DNA of 64,000 bases, from positions 95,362-159,361 of the forward strand of contig CAVOST010000007.1 in the NCBI GenBank assembly GCA_963698945.1, written 5' to 3'. The position numbers and the translations under genes were made by a program. Shown in pieces: positions 62,133-64,000 of this stretch. The number at the start of each line of letters is the position of its first letter. Within the stretch, counting starts at the first letter, position 1. The stretch comes from an uncultured Actinomycetota bacterium (GTDB lineage: Bacteria > Actinomycetota > Actinomycetes > Propionibacteriales > Nocardioidaceae). The notes under the pieces were generated by a model. It did no database searches. It worked only from the letters and a program-made list of their open reading frames with translations, and had not been told where the DNA came from.

Positions 62133-63600
62133 ATGAGCTTCGAGTACAAGCTGCCCGACGTGGGCGAAGGCCTCACGGAGGCCGACATCGTCTCGTGGCG
62201 CGTCAAGGAGGGCGACGTCATCGAGATCAACGACATCGTCGTCGAGATCGAGACCGCCAAGTCGCTGGTCGAGCTCCCTTCGCCGTACGCCGGCACGGTG
62301 CTGGCCCTGCTCGTGGCCGAGGGCGAGACGGTCGACGTCGGCACCCCGATCATCCGCATCGGCGACGAGGCGGCTGACCGGGTTCCTGAGGAAGGCCCCC
62401 CGGGGCCCGTCTCGAAGGGCCCGGAGACGGGCCCGGAGCCTTCAGAGCCCGAGATCGACCTCTCCAACCCCGCAGCCAGCGGCGGCGGTGAGGGCGAGAG
62501 CCTGGTGGGCCGCAACAAGGCCGACCGCGGCCCCACGCGGCGACCGCGCCGCGGGTCGGCCAGCCCGTCGAGCGAGGCGGGGGCGGCCACCCAGATGCAG
62601 GTCCAGGGCGCGTTCAGTCCGGGCGGCGCCCAGTCGCAGCCGGTCGTCGAGGCCGACGAGCCGGCGGTCCCGGGTGCGGTGGGGGCGCAGGAGCCCGCGC
62701 CGGTGGGCGAGGTGCGCGCGCTCGCGAAGCCTCCCGTGCGACGACTGGCCCGCGACCTCGGTGTCGACCTGACCTCGCTGACCGGCTCCGGTCCGTCCGG
62801 CTCGGTCACCCGCGACGACGTACAGGCGGCTGCGCAGGGCGGTGGCGGGCCCTCGAGACGGTTGCTGCGCAACCTCCTCAGGGACCCGAGGAGCGGGAGC
62901 GGCGCGAGCCGATCAAGGGCGTCCGCAAGATGATGGGCCAGGCGATGGTCGACTCGGCGTTCACGGCGCCCCACGTGACCGAGTGGGTCACCGTCGACGT
63001 CACCCGCACGATGGAGTTCGTCGAGCGGCTGCGCGGCCACCGCGACTTCCGCGACGTCAAGGTCTCCCCGCTCCTCGTGCTGGCCCGGGCCTGCATGCTG
63101 GCGATGCGTCGTACGCCGGAGATCAACTCGTTCTGGGACGAGGCAGCGCAGGAGATCTGCTTCAAGTCCTACGTCAACCTCGGCATCGCCGCGGCCACCC
63201 CGCGCGGGCTGGTCGTGCCCAACGTCAAGGACGCCGAGCGGCTCTCGCTGCGCGACCTGGCCGAGGCGCTCGCCGAGCTCACTGCGACCGCGCGCGATGG
63301 CCGGACCCAGCCCGCCGAGATGAGCGGCGGGACGTTCACCATCACCAACGTGGGTCCGTTCGGCGTCGACGGCGGCACCCCGATCATCAACCCGGGCGAG
63401 TCCGCGATCCTCTGCTTCGGCGCGGTCAAGCGGCAGCCCTGGGTGGTCGGCACCGGCAGGACGAGCGGCTGGAGATCCGCGACGTGTGCACCCTCGCGCT
63501 GAGCTTCGACCACCGCCACGTCGACGGCGAGAAGGGATCGCGCTTCCTCTCCGACGTCGCAGCCATGATGGGAGATCCCGCCGCGGCCCTGCTGTTCTGA
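62133..63600 (+). CDS. Dihydrolipoamide acyltransferase E2 (frameshifts ~62853 and ~63460; two in-frame repeats)
   Basis: Lipoyl 'ETAKS', PSBD 'AKPPVRRLA..GSG..G.VTR.D', catalytic 'FTITN', 'FDHRHVDG'. Confidence 0.9.
62380..62422 (+). repeat. Palindromic repeat family A, copy 6 (inside E2)
   Basis: Conserved ends GGGTTCCTGAGGAA ... CGTCTCGAAGGGCCC with inner hairpin GGCCCC/GGGGCC. Confidence 0.9.
62847..62887 (-). repeat. Palindromic repeat family A, copy 7 (inside E2)
   Basis: GGGCCCTCGAGACGGTTGCTGCGCAACCTCCTCAGGGACCC; one T short of consensus. Confidence 0.9.
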
Positions 63601-63677
63601 CCCAAGGGGTGAGAACAGGGGGCGCGTCAGGGAGTCACCTGAGGCGCTCGCTGGCACGAGGCCGTAGCGTCTTACCC

Positions 63678-64000
63678 ATGGTGGGTCCCGGTCGCGTCTA
63701 CGCCGATGCCTCGCGCGAGCGCGTGCTGACGTCGGCCACGGTCGTCACCGCGATCCGGACCGTCGCCTCGGTGTCGATCTCGGCGGTCGCCGCCTGGCAG
63801 GGCAGCCTGACGTTGCTGTGCGTCGGACTGGTCGTGCACTGGGTGGGTGACTCCCTCGACGGCTGGGTGGCGCGGGTCCGCGACTGCGAGACCCGCACCG
63901 GCGCTGTGCTGGACATCCTGAGCGACCGGCTGTGCGCGGCCGCCTTCTACATCGGGCTGGTGTGGCTGGAACCCCATCTCGGGCCGGCGGTGTTCGTCTA
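63678..64000 (+). CDS. CDP-alcohol phosphatidyltransferase (truncated by window; not in ORF track)
   Basis: 'GDSLDGWVAR...TRTGAVLDILSD' = D-x2-DG-x2-AR...G-x3-D-x3-D motif. Confidence 0.85.
   Translation, partial: MVGPGRVYADASRERVLTSATVVTAIRTVASVSISAVAAWQGSLTLLCVGLVVHWVGDSLDGWVARVRDCETRTGAVLDILSDRLCAAAFYIGLVWLEPHLGPAVFV

Overview
High-GC (roughly 72% by eye) actinobacterial chromosome segment. Gene content and repeat style suggest Nocardioidaceae (Nocardioides/Marmoricola-like), which is inference. Many single-base indels split conserved genes and look like long-read assembly errors. In order: L-rhamnose uptake/catabolism operon plus lutABC; tRNA-Ser(CGA); GNAT; YciI plus ECF42 sigma; amidohydrolase-cysteine dioxygenase-galM; PadR/PIG-L; two SARP regulators facing MMPL plus hemerythrin; MoxR/VWA; metallophosphoesterase; HelD-like helicase; cupin/TetR; PhzE-like TrpE(G) plus pabAB; mprAB-pepD; SigG-like sigma; a ~13 kb minus-strand signalling operon (TelA-hyp-AAA-GlnX-GlnH-hyp-PknG-PP2C-VWA-FHA-LMW PTP); GntR/amidinotransferase; aminotransferase; AlkA; APC permease; 2-oxoacid dehydrogenase E1a/E1b/E2; a partial CDP-alcohol phosphatidyltransferase. 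Most notable: (1) a 40-43 bp palindromic repeat family (GGGTYCCTGAGGA-[covarying hairpin]-CTCGAAGGGCCC) with 7 full copies, 4 of them translated in frame inside protein linkers; (2) other unrelated long palindromes, one in frame in a VWA gene; (3) a strongly over-represented octamer GTACGACG/CGTCGTAC (at least 40 copies) that appears to impose rare codons; (4) the extended PknG operon, whose kinase, phosphatase and FHA protein all carry double zinc ribbons. No transposase, integrase, prophage or CRISPR array was seen.
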